From IMG/VR virus record IMGVR_UViG_3300032360_000001, positions 25,346 to 89,345 of that record: a stretch of 64,000 bases of DNA. One strand, given 5' to 3'. The notes beneath the pieces are model-generated. The model was not told where the DNA came from and ran no database searches. It saw nothing but the letters and a program-made list of their open reading frames with translations. This DNA is from a virus. Position numbers and translations under genes: made by a program. Of the stretch, positions 12,201 to 18,848 are shown one piece after another (within the stretch, counting starts at the first letter, position 1; every line of letters starts with the position of its first letter).

Positions 12201-15200
12201 TGCGCCATTCCAGCGCCTCGCGGCCCCGGGGTACCGTGCATTATTGCCCTGTTCACTTCTCTTCGAACTATTCTATCTGCTGCTTTTTGCTGCGCCGCTT
12301 CAGCTTGCTTTACGCCTCCCGTTCTCTCCCCCCCCGGAGTGGTTCTCGTTCCGAATTTGGCCTCCATTCGGCTCTTGGTCGCCTTCTGAGCGTCGCGCCC
12401 ATGCTCCTTGACCTCCGTTTGTAATCTAGTTTTTTCTTTTTGTTGGGCTTTTCGTGCTCTTTCTTGTTTTTTAGCGGCTGCTTTCGCTTTTTTCTTTATA
12501 TCTTTTTGTTTTTCGTGATCCGCCTTTTGATCGGCCAGCATTTTTGTTTCTTGAGCGCTGTCTCCGCCCATTTGCATCATCATTCCTGCCATCATCATTC
12601 CTGATGTCATGGCCATGTAATCAACGCTATCTGCAGCATAGTTGGGTATGTAACCCCCACTTGCCCTCGAGCCCGCTTTAGCTGGGTCTGGGTGAGATCT
12701 AACAGCTTTAATTAGATCCGCCTTTGTCCGTTCATCTCTCTTATTTCCTACCGCCAAACCTTTGTATTCTGGAGTATCTATGGAAGCTGCATAAAGTTGA
12801 TTTTCGGGTAACCCGGTGGCTTTCTTTTCCCTTCTAAACGCATCCGCTAGTGCATCGCCTTTGCTGAAACTAGGAATGAGCCCTTGGCCAGCTGGATTAA
12901 CCTGCCCCCAATTACTGCCATAATTTACTATTCGGGGCCGTATATTCATATCTTTGCTTGCACCTCTTAGTGCCGCGTAATATGCGTTTGCCCGTGAGTC
13001 TTCATAGAACTTTGCGTTTTGTAAATGTGGGCGTTCAAAAATTTCATAGGCCTTCTTCTGGTGAGTTTTCTCTATCCCTTTGGGGTATTTTCTGCTTCCA
13101 GTAGCTATTACTTCCCTGTATGGAATTTTTTGGGCTTTTAACCAAGTCTGAATATATGGAATTGAATCTTCCCCTCTTGCGGTTAAAACCGTCATTGGCT
13201 CTTTATTTTTTGAGGCTGCCTTCGCTAATTTAGTTGGTACCATATGACCGACAGACCAACCATGCCACGTATCCCCTTCTCGCATTTTTCTCATACCTGT
13301 TGGGGTGGTAACCATCCCTTTTGGAGGTACTCCCAACGTCCCATCAAAATCAAAAATGTTTCCCTTTCCGCGTCCACGGGCTGCGGCTGCCATCGATCCT
13401 CCCCGCATTAAATTAGGAATGAAACCTTGGGCCGCACCAAAATGCGTCATTAGTTTATCATAATTCGATGCCGATGGACTCCCTTGAAGGATCTTCATTA
13501 TATCCTTACCAAAAATATCTTTTATTTGTGTAGCGCCTTTGGCCCCCTCAAGCGTAACTTCACTTTGGGAAACTCTTTGCATTCTTTGGAAGTCTGCCGT
13601 TTTTGCGGTATCTATATAGTTATCTAATTTTGTTAGATCGCCCTGCAACTTCTGCGGACTGTGGAATGTGCCGGCTTTATCTTTGTAGCCGCCGCGGGCA
13701 ATATTCTTTTCTATTCCTGTCCGTAAAAAATGCAATAGTCCGCCCTCTTTACCCGAGTCAGAAGAGAATAACGATTTGTACGACAGGCTTCCTCTGGCGT
13801 CTCTGCCGGACATCCCCGCATGAAAACTTGGTTTGAATTCAGCAGGTCCAATTATTTTCCCCCCTTTTATAGCTATTGCATCTAGAATTGTTTCTCCTTG
13901 CCCCCCCTTTACATTGCTAAACGGCAGAAGTTGATGGCCGCTACCACGACCAACAAGGGCTTTTTCTATTAAACTAGAATGAGTTAATTCCGCTTTTGCA
14001 AAAAATGAGCCTTTAGCAGCGGGGTTGTTACCTAGCACCTCCATTGCCCTTTCTCTTGCCCCCAAGAATGACCGTGCTGTCCCGCTTGGGTGGTATACTA
14101 TATCTTGTGCTATACGCGACGCGTTACCCGCACCCCCAACTGAATCGACGAAGCCCTTGTACGCCGTCTTACCAACCGCCGGAGATAATAGATCATTGTA
14201 AAATCGTTTTGCAACATCGCTTGGCATTGTAGCTCTCGCAACTGCTACTTCTCCTATTTCTCCTAACGCTATTTTTCCCTTTGCGGCTGACACACCATGA
14301 CCCGATATTGCATGATCATAAGCGGTCCTTAATACGTTTTTTTGCCCCTTAGGAACCTTGGGTCCGGATTTATGGAATCTCCCTATTCCGAAACTTTCTA
14401 AAGAAGCGGCTGCTCCTTTTCCGGGCATGGCTACTGTACCCAACCCCAGTTTGCCTCGACCAAATAAAGAAAGCATCGCTGGGTTGGCGAAATTTGGAAC
14501 TGAATAAGGATCGACACCAGTTTTGGCCATTGATTTTTCTCTATGTTGCCTACCGGCCTTCGAGTGCTGTGGTGGATTAATGAATGGCTGAGCAAAGCCG
14601 GGTACATGTTTAACCTGTTCTTTTGAGTTGTAGGTCATTGTTCCAAGCCCGGGCATTTTCATTTGTTTTATGGCTCCTGCTTTGTACCCGCCTTCTGCTG
14701 CGCTTATTATTTCACTTACAGCGCTTTCTCTCTTGTTAAAATTCGGTATGTGTCCCCGCGCCGAGTGTTTGGGCGGTCTACCCCTCATATACGCCGGTGC
14801 CTGTACTTGTCCTGCACCACTTACGGTTACCCCGCCCTTTACCATCATGCCAGCCATTCTTGCGGCAACCTTCTCCATGTTCTGCATCACAAGGGTCTCT
14901 TGCTCGAGCATAGCGATTATTTCTCTTTCTACCTGCACTCTTGCTTGCGATGACTGCGCTGCTCTTGCTATAAGTTGTGGCTGAGCTTCCAATATTTTGG
15001 CTATTCCTTCTTGCAAGCTTTTTTGTTGTACAGCAGCGGTGTTCAAACCCATGAATTGGGCTCCTGATTCCTTGACGAATTTTGCTAAATTCATTCCAAG
15101 TTTTCCAAGGAATCCAGTTAATAAAAGAAGTCCCGGGCCTTGCAAGAAATTTCCAATTCCGGACAACATTCCTTGCGCAATTTTTCCCCCCACATCTTTC

Positions 15201-16426
15201 GTGTCCTTTTCGTTTATGTCGCCTAAAACTTTTTGCATAACTCCAACCACCCTCTCTGTGACTGGTCTTAACGTTAGGTCTCCTACTTTCTTTGCTGCCT
15301 GCGTGGCTAGAGCCATCGTCTTTTTTACTTGAGCGTCGAGAGTTTTGTTGAGCAGTTCATTTCTTAATATCGCTTCGTTTGTCGATCCCGTCGATACCTT
15401 AACGGCTTTATCGTAAATCGAATATTCTTGTCCAAGGTCAGAGAGTATCGCTCTTAAGTTATTCATTTGGAATACGCCAGCAGTAACCTCAGCAGTATGA
15501 GCTTGTTGAGCCTTAGATAGCGTAGGAAACTTTTTGGCCAAATTGCCAAGAACATTCATTGCGGGCATCATTTGCCCCTCCAAGTCTCTCACCTTCACCC
15601 CTAATTCTTCCAAGAGATTAAGAGTGTCTTTTCTTTGGATTCTTGTAAATATACTTTTTAACGCGTTACCAATAACGGGACCACCACGGGCCGTTGTTTG
15701 CTGAACGGAAGCTGTGATTGCAAGAAGTTGATCAAAGGATACGCCAACGTCCTGAGCGGTACTTCCCACACGCCTCATGGATTGAGCTAAATCATCTGTG
15801 CTTACGGCAAATGCCGCATCCACATTGGCAAGCTTATTAATTACCTGAGTAGAACTTAATGCCTCCCTATTGAACGTATTTAATGCTGCCGTTAAGGAAG
15901 AAACTGATGCCGCCGCATCCATACCGGAAAGTCTCGTAAGAATGAGGGCGTCGCTTGTTCTCTGAAGCGTCTCTTCGGTTGACAAACCTTGCCTAGCTAA
16001 TTCTGTCGCTGCTTCAGCTACAGTATCGAAACTTTGTGCCGTTTTTTGCGCTATTGTGAAAAGGCTGTTTCCGAACTTTGCGAGGCCTCGATCTGTTTGT
16101 CCTAAAATTACATTGACATCCTGAAGTCTTTTCTCGACCTCAATAGTACTTTTAAGTAAAAATTCAAATGCCCTTTGGACTTGAAAAATCGCCCCAGCAG
16201 AAGCTCCAAACGCTAAAACACGCGCATTTGATGCTTCGAGTGATCTTGTGAATTCATTTGTGGCACCAGTGATTTTCCCAAGGGGCCTAGTAAATTTCCC
16301 AGAGTCAACGCTAACGTTAACCCCTCGCCTTTCTACTTGGGTAATAGCGCTGTTTATTTGCCTTAAAGTGGCTTGTAGTGACGCGCTATCTAACCTTGTT
16401 CCTAGTGTGATAAAACTATCCGCCAT
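1..16426 (-). CDS. Giant tape measure protein, at least 5475 aa, 3' end outside the window
   Basis: ATG at 16426 (MADSFITLGTRLD...). N-terminal TP901-type core (AEAATELARQGLS...LANVDAAFAVS...TARGGPVIGNALKSIFTRI). Gly/Ala-rich hydrophobic segment near 11500-11720. The segments I translated by hand have no stop, and its absence from the ORF track fits a frame open to the window edge. Lies downstream of the tail tube and chaperone genes. Confidence 0.93.
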   Translation of the reverse strand, partial: MADSFITLGTRLDSASLQATLRQINSAITQVERRGVNVSVDSGKFTRPLGKITGATNEFTRSLEASNARVLAFGASAGAIFQVQRAFEFLLKSTIEVEKRLQDVNVILGQTDRGLAKFGNSLFTIAQKTAQSFDTVAEAATELARQGLSTEETLQRTSDALILTRLSGMDAAASVSSLTAALNTFNREALSSTQVINKLANVDAAFAVSTDDLAQSMRRVGSTAQDVGVSFDQLLAITASVQQTTARGGPVIGNALKSIFTRIQRKDTLNLLEELGVKVRDLEGQMMPAMNVLGNLAKKFPTLSKAQQAHTAEVTAGVFQMNNLRAILSDLGQEYSIYDKAVKVSTGSTNEAILRNELLNKTLDAQVKKTMALATQAAKKVGDLTLRPVTERVVGVMQKVLGDINEKDTKDVGGKIAQGMLSGIGNFLQGPGLLLLTGFLGKLGMNLAKFVKESGAQFMGLNTAAVQQKSLQEGIAKILEAQPQLIARAAQSSQARVQVEREIIAMLEQETLVMQNMEKVAARMAGMMVKGGVTVSGAGQVQAPAYMRGRPPKHSARGHIPNFNKRESAVSEIISAAEGGYKAGAIKQMKMPGLGTMTYNSKEQVKHVPGFAQPFINPPQHSKAGRQHREKSMAKTGVDPYSVPNFANPAMLSLFGRGKLGLGTVAMPGKGAAASLESFGIGRFHKSGPKVPKGQKNVLRTAYDHAISGHGVSAAKGKIALGEIGEVAVARATMPSDVAKRFYNDLLSPAVGKTAYKGFVDSVGGAGNASRIAQDIVYHPSGTARSFLGARERAMEVLGNNPAAKGSFFAKAELTHSSLIEKALVGRGSGHQLLPFSNVKGGQGETILDAIAIKGGKIIGPAEFKPSFHAGMSGRDARGSLSYKSLFSSDSGKEGGLLHFLRTGIEKNIARGGYKDKAGTFHSPQKLQGDLTKLDNYIDTAKTADFQRMQRVSQSEVTLEGAKGATQIKDIFGKDIMKILQGSPSASNYDKLMTHFGAAQGFIPNLMRGGSMAAAARGRGKGNIFDFDGTLGVPPKGMVTTPTGMRKMREGDTWHGWSVGHMVPTKLAKAASKNKEPMTVLTARGEDSIPYIQTWLKAQKIPYREVIATGSRKYPKGIEKTHQKKAYEIFERPHLQNAKFYEDSRANAYYAALRGASKDMNIRPRIVNYGSNWGQVNPAGQGLIPSFSKGDALADAFRREKKATGLPENQLYAASIDTPEYKGLAVGNKRDERTKADLIKAVRSHPDPAKAGSRASGGYIPNYAADSVDYMAMTSGMMMAGMMMQMGGDSAQETKMLADQKADHEKQKDIKKKAKAAAKKQERARKAQQKEKTRLQTEVKEHGRDAQKATKSRMEAKFGTRTTPGGERTGGVKQAEAAQQKAADRIVRREVNRAIMHGTPGPRGAGMAHSGPAGLGMTGLRAERGTVGGVPGINPSTGLPHTPAYNAKIEKLRQQGHAQAGKIISQSVDTSGRTPRGSVGEHSGDKAAKDLTKKTLLLQKAREAEARAADRANAANEKKAAAQAKIWAMDKKMATTSRKVAAAKHAEAKAAEKAAALKPDTKGAASKWIKQKGFGLGIGIQMMAGVAEQFVGGKGETPEERAEKAKVRGVGTAAGMAGTGAMIGGPWGAAAGLAIGAGLAFMDHQKASKKTAEDYAKAIQKETEARKKALLGAEAYIKLQGRLTGMFNRGAGPAETGMMRRQMREQLMQIEDAGLRRELIGAAGDESKMREAMAKVQETISMQEKKGSMGVLAAKAGEGGAAQRGVMKDLAKTLSSAFELKGIKSWELMGKSGADLTAKLEEMGVGAKEAADMIEALGEENQGLIPQIMAQARGYEELEAETSKSVESIERMALATADLNYRLSQISNSFEHLMNVSKSLFDHSQKVSKELSSAVTGDETIGRERRERFGVAGNILKNIETNTLKNTLLQKRFHDAILKMTMEKSSAGGSLPGGLQQLQVLARQMIVGPADLAADIYRGIINDKEGGVGREQGRKLEDALSKAEYEIKENNLNLAQSNRLLIIQNQIAESNRAFQRRRTLQESMTAGGGFGGGGIIDALKKLTTVAGLPTRGERSKAAMMQMQGLRDLEKMGFDFANGIGKAMKESLLERTFRAEAPDALEALGMSPENVSRVINSNFNPDIGKSIIESMNSAQGGMMAEVMDSANLSKIASEERAYKAKLLEAEFKNRNMLVESLGANVDVTALLIGSNYDLIVSNEKLGSAAMAAEEFGANQRRTNDQVYKAAIDTAMTGAVSKMGEIMSKANTGFMQAVEVFRGEQSLQHTRINQEKAFASLEGKTAGAEDMMANLSKGTKFSMVPPQHEEIFDKGGILWSLHKANTWLVKHIDAAAGSLLPGESMTWENITEKMDVWAVSKQEVKDSSFDINMAKFMERVRTGGNAEDVGKMTVAFEAYKSTLTDANVPQDSQMKISLVRAQEALLRSFARISEVTEEQGLIERTELPTGETRVRGTLPLDLNDWEKTQTWMGTSASPSEAIKILTKDLKDMVFEGDSGNWQPNMISALSKLTDVVALLPGKKGFEAYELQSDPKKLLTALLAIQTAVIGVHPSQPGQIYTRGTRQVLSPGIGGGETWDQTQQRGGRTDASYYNEIPLIRVQQPLEQGEYEGMMVGVSDMMEDYRSAGKLLFTNFQKTFKEGRTVDVSEAKLIKAALDKFEGQEARIRKVLEGVALRTGDEEGFFEREGDIKPLLEQFDTITDAFQASLKAIIDPNKGIVVDKKLAEQIAALLSKQIKELKPFRSSTIDLGGGVPDRPKGGGTVDAVKEWTNSFSKAAENTMKEWIFSVNTMDVGNNISDALNSFADYADNFSNGMEILNATIDELADTELAISADPLETPLLAIQQSIDALSKLNSSENEDTKNALNNKEDIVINVLTNILEAILSDETVSKSQREEIKNALHLLPEQYKRAMDEIEGRSSSRLLRDKLFDLRKQTTSAPIPPPLIPGSMLAGQVRRGTEQTTQPLTTMARQTFGKYGRSFLRGNKGYQGPRSGLPSVKELLGIDPDKAFKNIPDPSEIDKMMKDVEKASPEVSDPGGRASVIYLTKLKTGSDKIHDIARQAAERLMGDNAEMIDEIHKLAPFLGDLPFQELEKGLEAANKDMSAVKRVQTAATQKASAMARTLGRHTMEMANVFINQNLLAAFRGPQQVNVAKRVGGQWMDKLKDAMPDIAGKVTGMGPEGLSPGTFEGGLFGGKLNQDALWRRAAVRKEGGVFTPDRTRDYEHSMLGPGSIWKISGMQNDPATFGDKRDMAYRFLTNLSQGKAHQRMITAPGGNVGGPPALGFTAAREHTILGGDTANAIAQTYGVSLDNLKGANPQIANINRINAGDKMNIPAQYSIEHTLGQKLTANQQKKIAAQLDKQFKEGVAYHNEIHKANVAQKKITDNAKEIAAIEEKIKNRTIEAGKAQDKLKALYAQRTLIESKLTEVQKRLLVAESKIGDRNIRARHNAVVLRTALEQRAIKERTDQSAMLQKTIEARGGAALLPSEITDPRAKAAADQIALNQAANEQSKGLVDSLQAERDALLEASAALEKFSKAIGISSKDLQDMSPFELDQELIRQEGLPRENLLQQMRSPRTSQPGGAFAAQTFSAISPSRVGETQQRNLKREMEKILTIEKEAAAGGRKEALAESKVAEANVLKAHMMRTAKFKDFEKSDAALGVTANEKKTAEDNVVRLLNEKAVILRKEQSDDTKEELKKVNDDLEAATEASALARKNETNQLDAHNATYADYINIINAGKDAENELRKAKQSHTDALNAQKVIIDNWGSVTQAAIEIQKRFVTAEHVKRMEALDTQIANTTMSLSIMDDPKKFKELLNSTKKLTEVQLRLAAKQARLEEAAGIGTPADTYQREQDITRQQLRTGKIGVWEAFGADTFEKGEAMSRGWKERVLDDMIEIREGMISSFADGWAAFAVEGESATETAKAWARGFLKMINQAFYNATIGRFMGNLMSGGFGNYGRPSLPQQQSGGELHGPSHSRGGIKLEAEGGEFIVRKSEVRKPGVLGHLREINEGRMFQQGGPVPQNPWRHPNTWAQQQPLMPGWGGGQQLGGNLNLGRNPLRGVKVLPGAPGNPGGEHGQFAFDKAPPAFHEVQSQMEMQELFRREIGIPGNPFRHKGTPKDLASQKMRNMRRNIAEGGYDHEKEHTLLTFAERIGVNGLPIAGFPARLNEREIAAREELQIFQERNPLAFAHLNQWWRKNKSGWANPQVYQDGGPVTQYQNAWEKKIQQRQMLQITGQIPSKGFFGQPLHKRGPMTEEGLREALIKSGRGDLSTEIPRGDEWYNLSKEALAKRAELEAEKKRMARINLEFRTENKMRSAASSSNRGVAMFAPPGMEIPRTMFGQRIGTQTRHTSTSNRTKDRATPGMMSERLWFHSFMKEKGLIGEFEQADNMGAFHQGNSQASRIYKFLMKRQTQNPRHILSEKELLDESMPELIPHIGDYNKRIFTEMGTSGLLMDPKISASISELDKIGIGSQHRWSENYALHKRLLKDRLMQGKGNAWYNKFIQAPNALPVGSPDSPTSAMGLEPDPGQGRWWNDPFAPLPKGMHRIPSRRNRQQGPSTPMPPQIPWPFEIDPATGLPRPDLRDRNSTMPGLGEGVPRFGDGGIVGTAYPWSDSPARKFNDKLPFWDRVDPRRRGFSRVGGSSGNNAFGPTAAEWGGARKDDPVRQQQLADHLAMLDRENEIDGMRDAGFGPFGMPLGGDPWPEGVHPAPWALNKRGWGAGVGPDPRKNKGNALPLNLDLMEELENLRRGPDRDVPQFGAGGVVTARDTFRAKVPKLDKNYIKKLANNSHILNWIKDPNNIERFGFTKNDTFESAYMKMIRHAEKIKLKPGKRMSQLMHPAGFSEWENGMQPGVANDMMAAGWIEPEAFGVLNEWFSIKSGGYTGLWGQDMTNFPGAAGEQGGGINAFFTGESERKDQQRALNKHLTSMGLMSPNPKAGQIKPLKIDGYAGAATTEALTLFRKKKGIPTPTRRSTLTEERARRSPINPKPKGPHRVPVPSRIEGDKKTREALGMVVGYSGMSKAGWKGRAPSGFLTKKHFKSKNRAEVEVHPYTGLPHTGGFDPEAKWELDPKNKFFDENEGFPSRYEIIPGKGLGHVVKVGEGLTSIGQQYREEMTTAKAISMGANGVTISAALAAANPELMKALKTRAGGKPDISKFLKPNDVVLIPGGEHLFNPEADKRPGMLDGKPFPGFRQGWWEQFNKMSTIYGTMQPVEYGAGGFVWNPRGGGSVPNQFRRQSALEIPATGRNQTLLPKHQAWNNRLRDFWRDTYNATAAGPNRLALATERYRAGIHGHMAAPRVRATRGAHGVSPGGYRYTRGPEASTLVGGNIDRGGVARIGPPTAAHRNAMRNRGRYFQREETPDFAAWGVHPSAVDKDVARVIFSEVGPQHPDLVFAVGDAMRNRYNNQASRTRHGISTGYGISVGGSRYPAEVRNGAWWVQAPTRRGFSWRA
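855..1078 (-). other. Second, interrupted LysM-like domain inside the tape measure ORF
   Basis: HVVKVGEGLTSIGQQY...LAAANPEL...LKPNDVVLIP: both LysM ends are present, with insertions between them. Confidence 0.55.
1460..1620 (-). other. Peptidoglycan-binding (PG_binding_1-like) domain inside the tape measure ORF
   Basis: QQRALNKHL...LKIDGYAGAATTEALTLFRKKKGIP resembles the DGxFGxxTxxAxxxFQxxxGL motif. Confidence 0.7.
6377..6514 (-). other. LysM domain inside the tape measure ORF
   Basis: EHTILGGDTANAIAQTYGVSLDNLKGANPQIANINRINAGDKMNIP matches the LysM pattern. Confidence 0.88.
12950..13365 (-). other. HAD-superfamily phosphatase-like domain inside the tape measure ORF
   Basis: In-frame translation gives IFDFDGTL (motif I), VLTARG (motif II), HQKK (motif III) and FYED (motif IV) in the correct order. 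Confidence 0.8.
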
Positions 16427-16447
16427 GGCCTTTTCTGTTTTTATTAA

Positions 16448-16453
16448 TTACAC
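16448..16453 (-). promoter_or_regulatory. Putative late promoter motif GTGTAA (representative copy, upstream of the tape measure gene)
   Basis: The same hexamer lies shortly upstream of starts at 18764, 22680, 22956, 39165, 43495, 44753, 44883, 45884, 47956, 51322 and 58259. Confidence 0.75.
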
Positions 16454-16460
16454 TAAAAAA

Positions 16461-17486
16461 TCAGTGCCCATGTAACTTTATAAGTTCCTCCATATTAAGT
16501 GATCCTCCCTTTTTCATAGCCTCTTGAGCTAAGTCGACGAACTTCTCTCCTTCATCTATGGCTCCAAGTTTATTCATTTCGTCCTTGGATGCACCCACTA
16601 TTGAGCTTCCGCCCACGTTACCGGAGTCCTTAACCTTATCAAACGCAGCTTGAGACGCCTTGCTGGACTCATACCAGTCTATAATGGCATCTGGGTCATC
16701 CATTATGTCGTGTGGGGGCTTGTTTTTTGAATCTTGAAGTATCGATTTGAAATATTTTGCATGACCAAAAAGTTCAGCCTGATAAAAGGTCAAGTTTACC
16801 GCCGCCTTACCGAAGAATGTCATCGGGTTATCATCACACAAATAAAAGAAATTAAGAAAAAAGCCCGATAAAGCTATCTTTTTTAGATTTCTTGGAAAAA
16901 ATGGCTCCATTTTATTATTGTAAAGAGTAACTAAATAAAAAATATCCTGAGTGCTTAACTCGTCGAATTCTTCCTCAGAGAGCAAATGCTCAGAACATTC
17001 GGGGTTTTTAAATAATGATTGAAATATATAGTGTTCGTTTGATTTTTTTGAGCTATAAGAGTTACAAGTCATCCCTATAAACTCTGACCTTCTGTTCTCT
17101 TTTATCTGTATTTCGCCTTCTGTTTCTCTTATTTGGTTAGTTAGTTGATTCTTGTCTTTCTCTAAAAAAAGTTTGGATTTGTTTACTTTTAGTTGTTTAA
17201 CCCAGCTTCTTAGTCCATCCAACTCATTGTCTTGTTGTTTCGTCCAATCCCCCTCTTTATGGAGGTACTCAAGCTTGTCTTCTTCTGTTGGTAGTCCTTC
17301 TTTTTTAGCCTCTTCGTAGTACCTATTTTTTATTTGATCCATGCCGGCAGCGTCAATAGTACCGAGGTGTTTGATGTGTGTGCTTTTATATTTTTTGTCT
17401 TCAGTCTTAGAGTAGCCGTTTATTATATCAGCATAAAGAAGCCTCAGCGAGGCGCTATTCATTCTTTCTTTCTCTTTGTCGTTCAT
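16461..17486 (-). CDS. Putative tail assembly chaperone (downstream member)
   Basis: 341-aa helical ORF immediately upstream of the tape measure gene. Function inferred from position only. Confidence 0.5.
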   Translation of the reverse strand: MNDKEKERMNSASLRLLYADIINGYSKTEDKKYKSTHIKHLGTIDAAGMDQIKNRYYEEAKKEGLPTEEDKLEYLHKEGDWTKQQDNELDGLRSWVKQLKVNKSKLFLEKDKNQLTNQIRETEGEIQIKENRRSEFIGMTCNSYSSKKSNEHYIFQSLFKNPECSEHLLSEEEFDELSTQDIFYLVTLYNNKMEPFFPRNLKKIALSGFFLNFFYLCDDNPMTFFGKAAVNLTFYQAELFGHAKYFKSILQDSKNKPPHDIMDDPDAIIDWYESSKASQAAFDKVKDSGNVGGSSIVGASKDEMNKLGAIDEGEKFVDLAQEAMKKGGSLNMEELIKLHGH

Positions 17487-17492
17487 ATGTAT

Positions 17493-17518
17493 AAAAAAAC
17501 CCCCACCTTAGGCGGGGG
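17493..17518 (-). terminator. Intrinsic terminator between the two chaperone-like genes
   Basis: Minus strand CCCCCGCC-TAA-GGTGGGGG followed by T7. Confidence 0.75.
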
Positions 17519-17540
17519 AGTTCAGGTTAGTTTTCCATTA

Positions 17541-18494
17541 TTACTCTGTATCTTGTTGCTCCGTAGGTTCTTCAGGATTATTATCATTCTTAGGATCTTT
17601 TTTTACGGAAGCTTTCTTTTTTGTTTTTTTGCTTTTTTTAGGTTTGACCTCGGGTTCTTCTTCCTCCGGTTTCTCTTCGCTCACTACGTTCTCAAGGACT
17701 ATATCTTGCATTTCTTTGGCTATTTCTTCAGCTGGGAGTTCTTCTTGTGCGTCAAGGTCTTCTTCTTGTAGGCCTTGTTCCCTAAGCATGGCGTCGAACT
17801 CTTCTTGCGTGGATGCCCTACCCACAAACCAAAAACTTACAAAGTACGTAAGTCTTTGAATCACAGTATTTATAAAAATGTCTTCCTCTTCGCTTAATTC
17901 GTCATATACGGCAAGTCTATCTTCAAACGTTTTGCCGGGAAAATATGCGTTATTGTCATCCCCATATGACAGTTGTAAAATCCACCATAAGATGGTTTTA
18001 TTTCTGGCCCTAACTTCCGCTGTCTGTTCATACAGACTCTGCTGTTCCATCTCAAATTGGGTCAGGGTACTTCGTGACTCCGTCAATTCCTTTTCTAGTC
18101 GCGCCATTTCGTCCCGGTCTTCTTCGGACAAATTTTCTTCGTCTTTTATTAATAGCTTTTGATATTCGTCTGTTCTTCTGTAGAAATCTAGGTATAAGTT
18201 GCCATATCTTTCTATTTCTCCGTCGCTTAAAGAGCCGCCGTCGTTTTCGTACCTTTTGGCTAGAAGGGCCTTTGTGAGTAATCCAGCCTTAATGCCCTTG
18301 GAAAGCTCTATACCGTAAAATAACTCGGCCTCGTCATAAAGGGACCTAGTGGGTTTTCTCAGGAAAAATTGATGTTTGACCTTCTCATCTACGCTTTTTT
18401 CCGTGGTTACCTTCTCGCCTTTTTCGTTAGTGGTAGTGTCCTTCTTTACGACGGACTCTACTTTAGTTACTGCAAATTCATATAGTTTTTTCAT
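17541..18494 (-). CDS. Putative tail assembly chaperone
   Basis: 317-aa ORF with an acidic tail, between the tail tube and tape measure genes. Confidence 0.5.
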   Translation of the reverse strand: MKKLYEFAVTKVESVVKKDTTTNEKGEKVTTEKSVDEKVKHQFFLRKPTRSLYDEAELFYGIELSKGIKAGLLTKALLAKRYENDGGSLSDGEIERYGNLYLDFYRRTDEYQKLLIKDEENLSEEDRDEMARLEKELTESRSTLTQFEMEQQSLYEQTAEVRARNKTILWWILQLSYGDDNNAYFPGKTFEDRLAVYDELSEEEDIFINTVIQRLTYFVSFWFVGRASTQEEFDAMLREQGLQEEDLDAQEELPAEEIAKEMQDIVLENVVSEEKPEEEEPEVKPKKSKKTKKKASVKKDPKNDNNPEEPTEQQDTE

Positions 18495-18736
18495 AACTTT
18501 AGTTCAATATCAAATTTTTCTAAATTTTCCTCAATTTCCCTTATGGTGTCATTCCCGTAGTCAAGAATTCTTTTTCTTATTCTTTGAAACTCTTCCTCTG
18601 GAATATCATAGCCAGCCTTTTCTAAATCTTCTAAAATAAAAAGATAATTTTTATAAAGATTGACTACCTTACGGCGTAATTGAAATACTAAGAAGTCCTT
18701 GGACTTTTCGTCCCCTTTGTTCATGTCTCCATGCAT
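18491..18736 (-). CDS. Hypothetical protein
   Basis: 81 aa; ATGA overlap with the next gene; GTGTAA motif upstream. Confidence 0.7.
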   Translation of the reverse strand: MHGDMNKGDEKSKDFLVFQLRRKVVNLYKNYLFILEDLEKAGYDIPEEEFQRIRKRILDYGNDTIREIEENLEKFDIELKL

Positions 18737-18792
18737 TCCTTTTAACCTTTTTCCTGCAAAGATTTACACATTTTAACCACAACCTGTAAAAT

Positions 18793-18820
18793 AAAAAAAC
18801 CCCCGGTTTGCACCGGGGGC
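18793..18820 (-). terminator. Intrinsic terminator after the tail tube gene
   Basis: CCCCCGGT-GCAA-ACCGGGGG followed by a T tract on the minus strand. Confidence 0.85.
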
Positions 18821-18848
18821 TGGTTAAGGTTTAGTTGCTTAATTCGGC

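Noticed and set aside
141-16475. Many plus-strand ORFs and short alternative-frame minus ORFs in the track
   Set aside because: They are shadows of the tape measure frame, with Ser/Leu/Phe-rich antisense composition and no expression signals.
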